Shown in pieces: positions 63,947 to 64,000 of a stretch of 64,000 nt of DNA. How positions within the stretch are numbered: the stretch's first letter is position 1; each line of letters starts with the position of its first letter. The notes beneath the pieces are model-generated. The model worked only from the letters and a program-made list of their open reading frames with translations. It did no database searches and was not told where the DNA came from. The DNA comes from an uncultured delta proteobacterium (GTDB lineage Bacteria; Myxococcota_A; Polyangia; Fen-1088): the NCBI GenBank assembly GCA_963737265.1, contig CAVTRY010000012.1:32001-96000 (forward strand). Reading direction: 5' to 3'. A program made the position numbers and the translations under genes.

Positions 63947-64000
63947 TCGCGTTGGCGTTGGCGGGCTTTGCCCATTTCAGAATACCGCCTCTCACCTCTG

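Noticed and set aside
1-64000. CRISPR array or cas genes
   Set aside because: No regularly spaced repeat-spacer units and no cas motifs seen. Repeats are IS/MITE copies and hairpins.

Overview
GC-rich bacterial DNA. PEGA, VWA-lipoprotein, caspase/ECF and CheB-CheR-kinase genes suggest Myxococcota/Polyangia (inference from gene content only). The window is a dense mobile-element zone. It holds three different IS21-family elements (one with a ParB-like partner, one with two upstream accessory ORFs), two near-identical 1436-bp IS3 copies, an IS4, an ISAs1 plus two ~190-bp ISAs1-type MITEs, and two copies of a 165-bp multi-hairpin MITE. It also holds several IS91-type rolling-circle remnants with a shared oriIS-like end, an HTH + large serine recombinase module, group II intron pieces, and tRNA-Asn and tmRNA 3'-end remnants. 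Several insertions can be resolved to the base from their target-site duplications. Between the elements lie intact genes and many truncated, fused gene fragments. The best candidate for something undescribed is an IS91-like family that may capture gene fragments in a Helitron-like way, together with short GCGAAGC-hairpin/G-tract inserts in coding DNA and a MITE whose terminal hairpins pair with its own target triplet. Misassembly or amplification chimeras cannot be excluded for the junctions that lack TSDs. All family calls come from motif recognition, not database searches.
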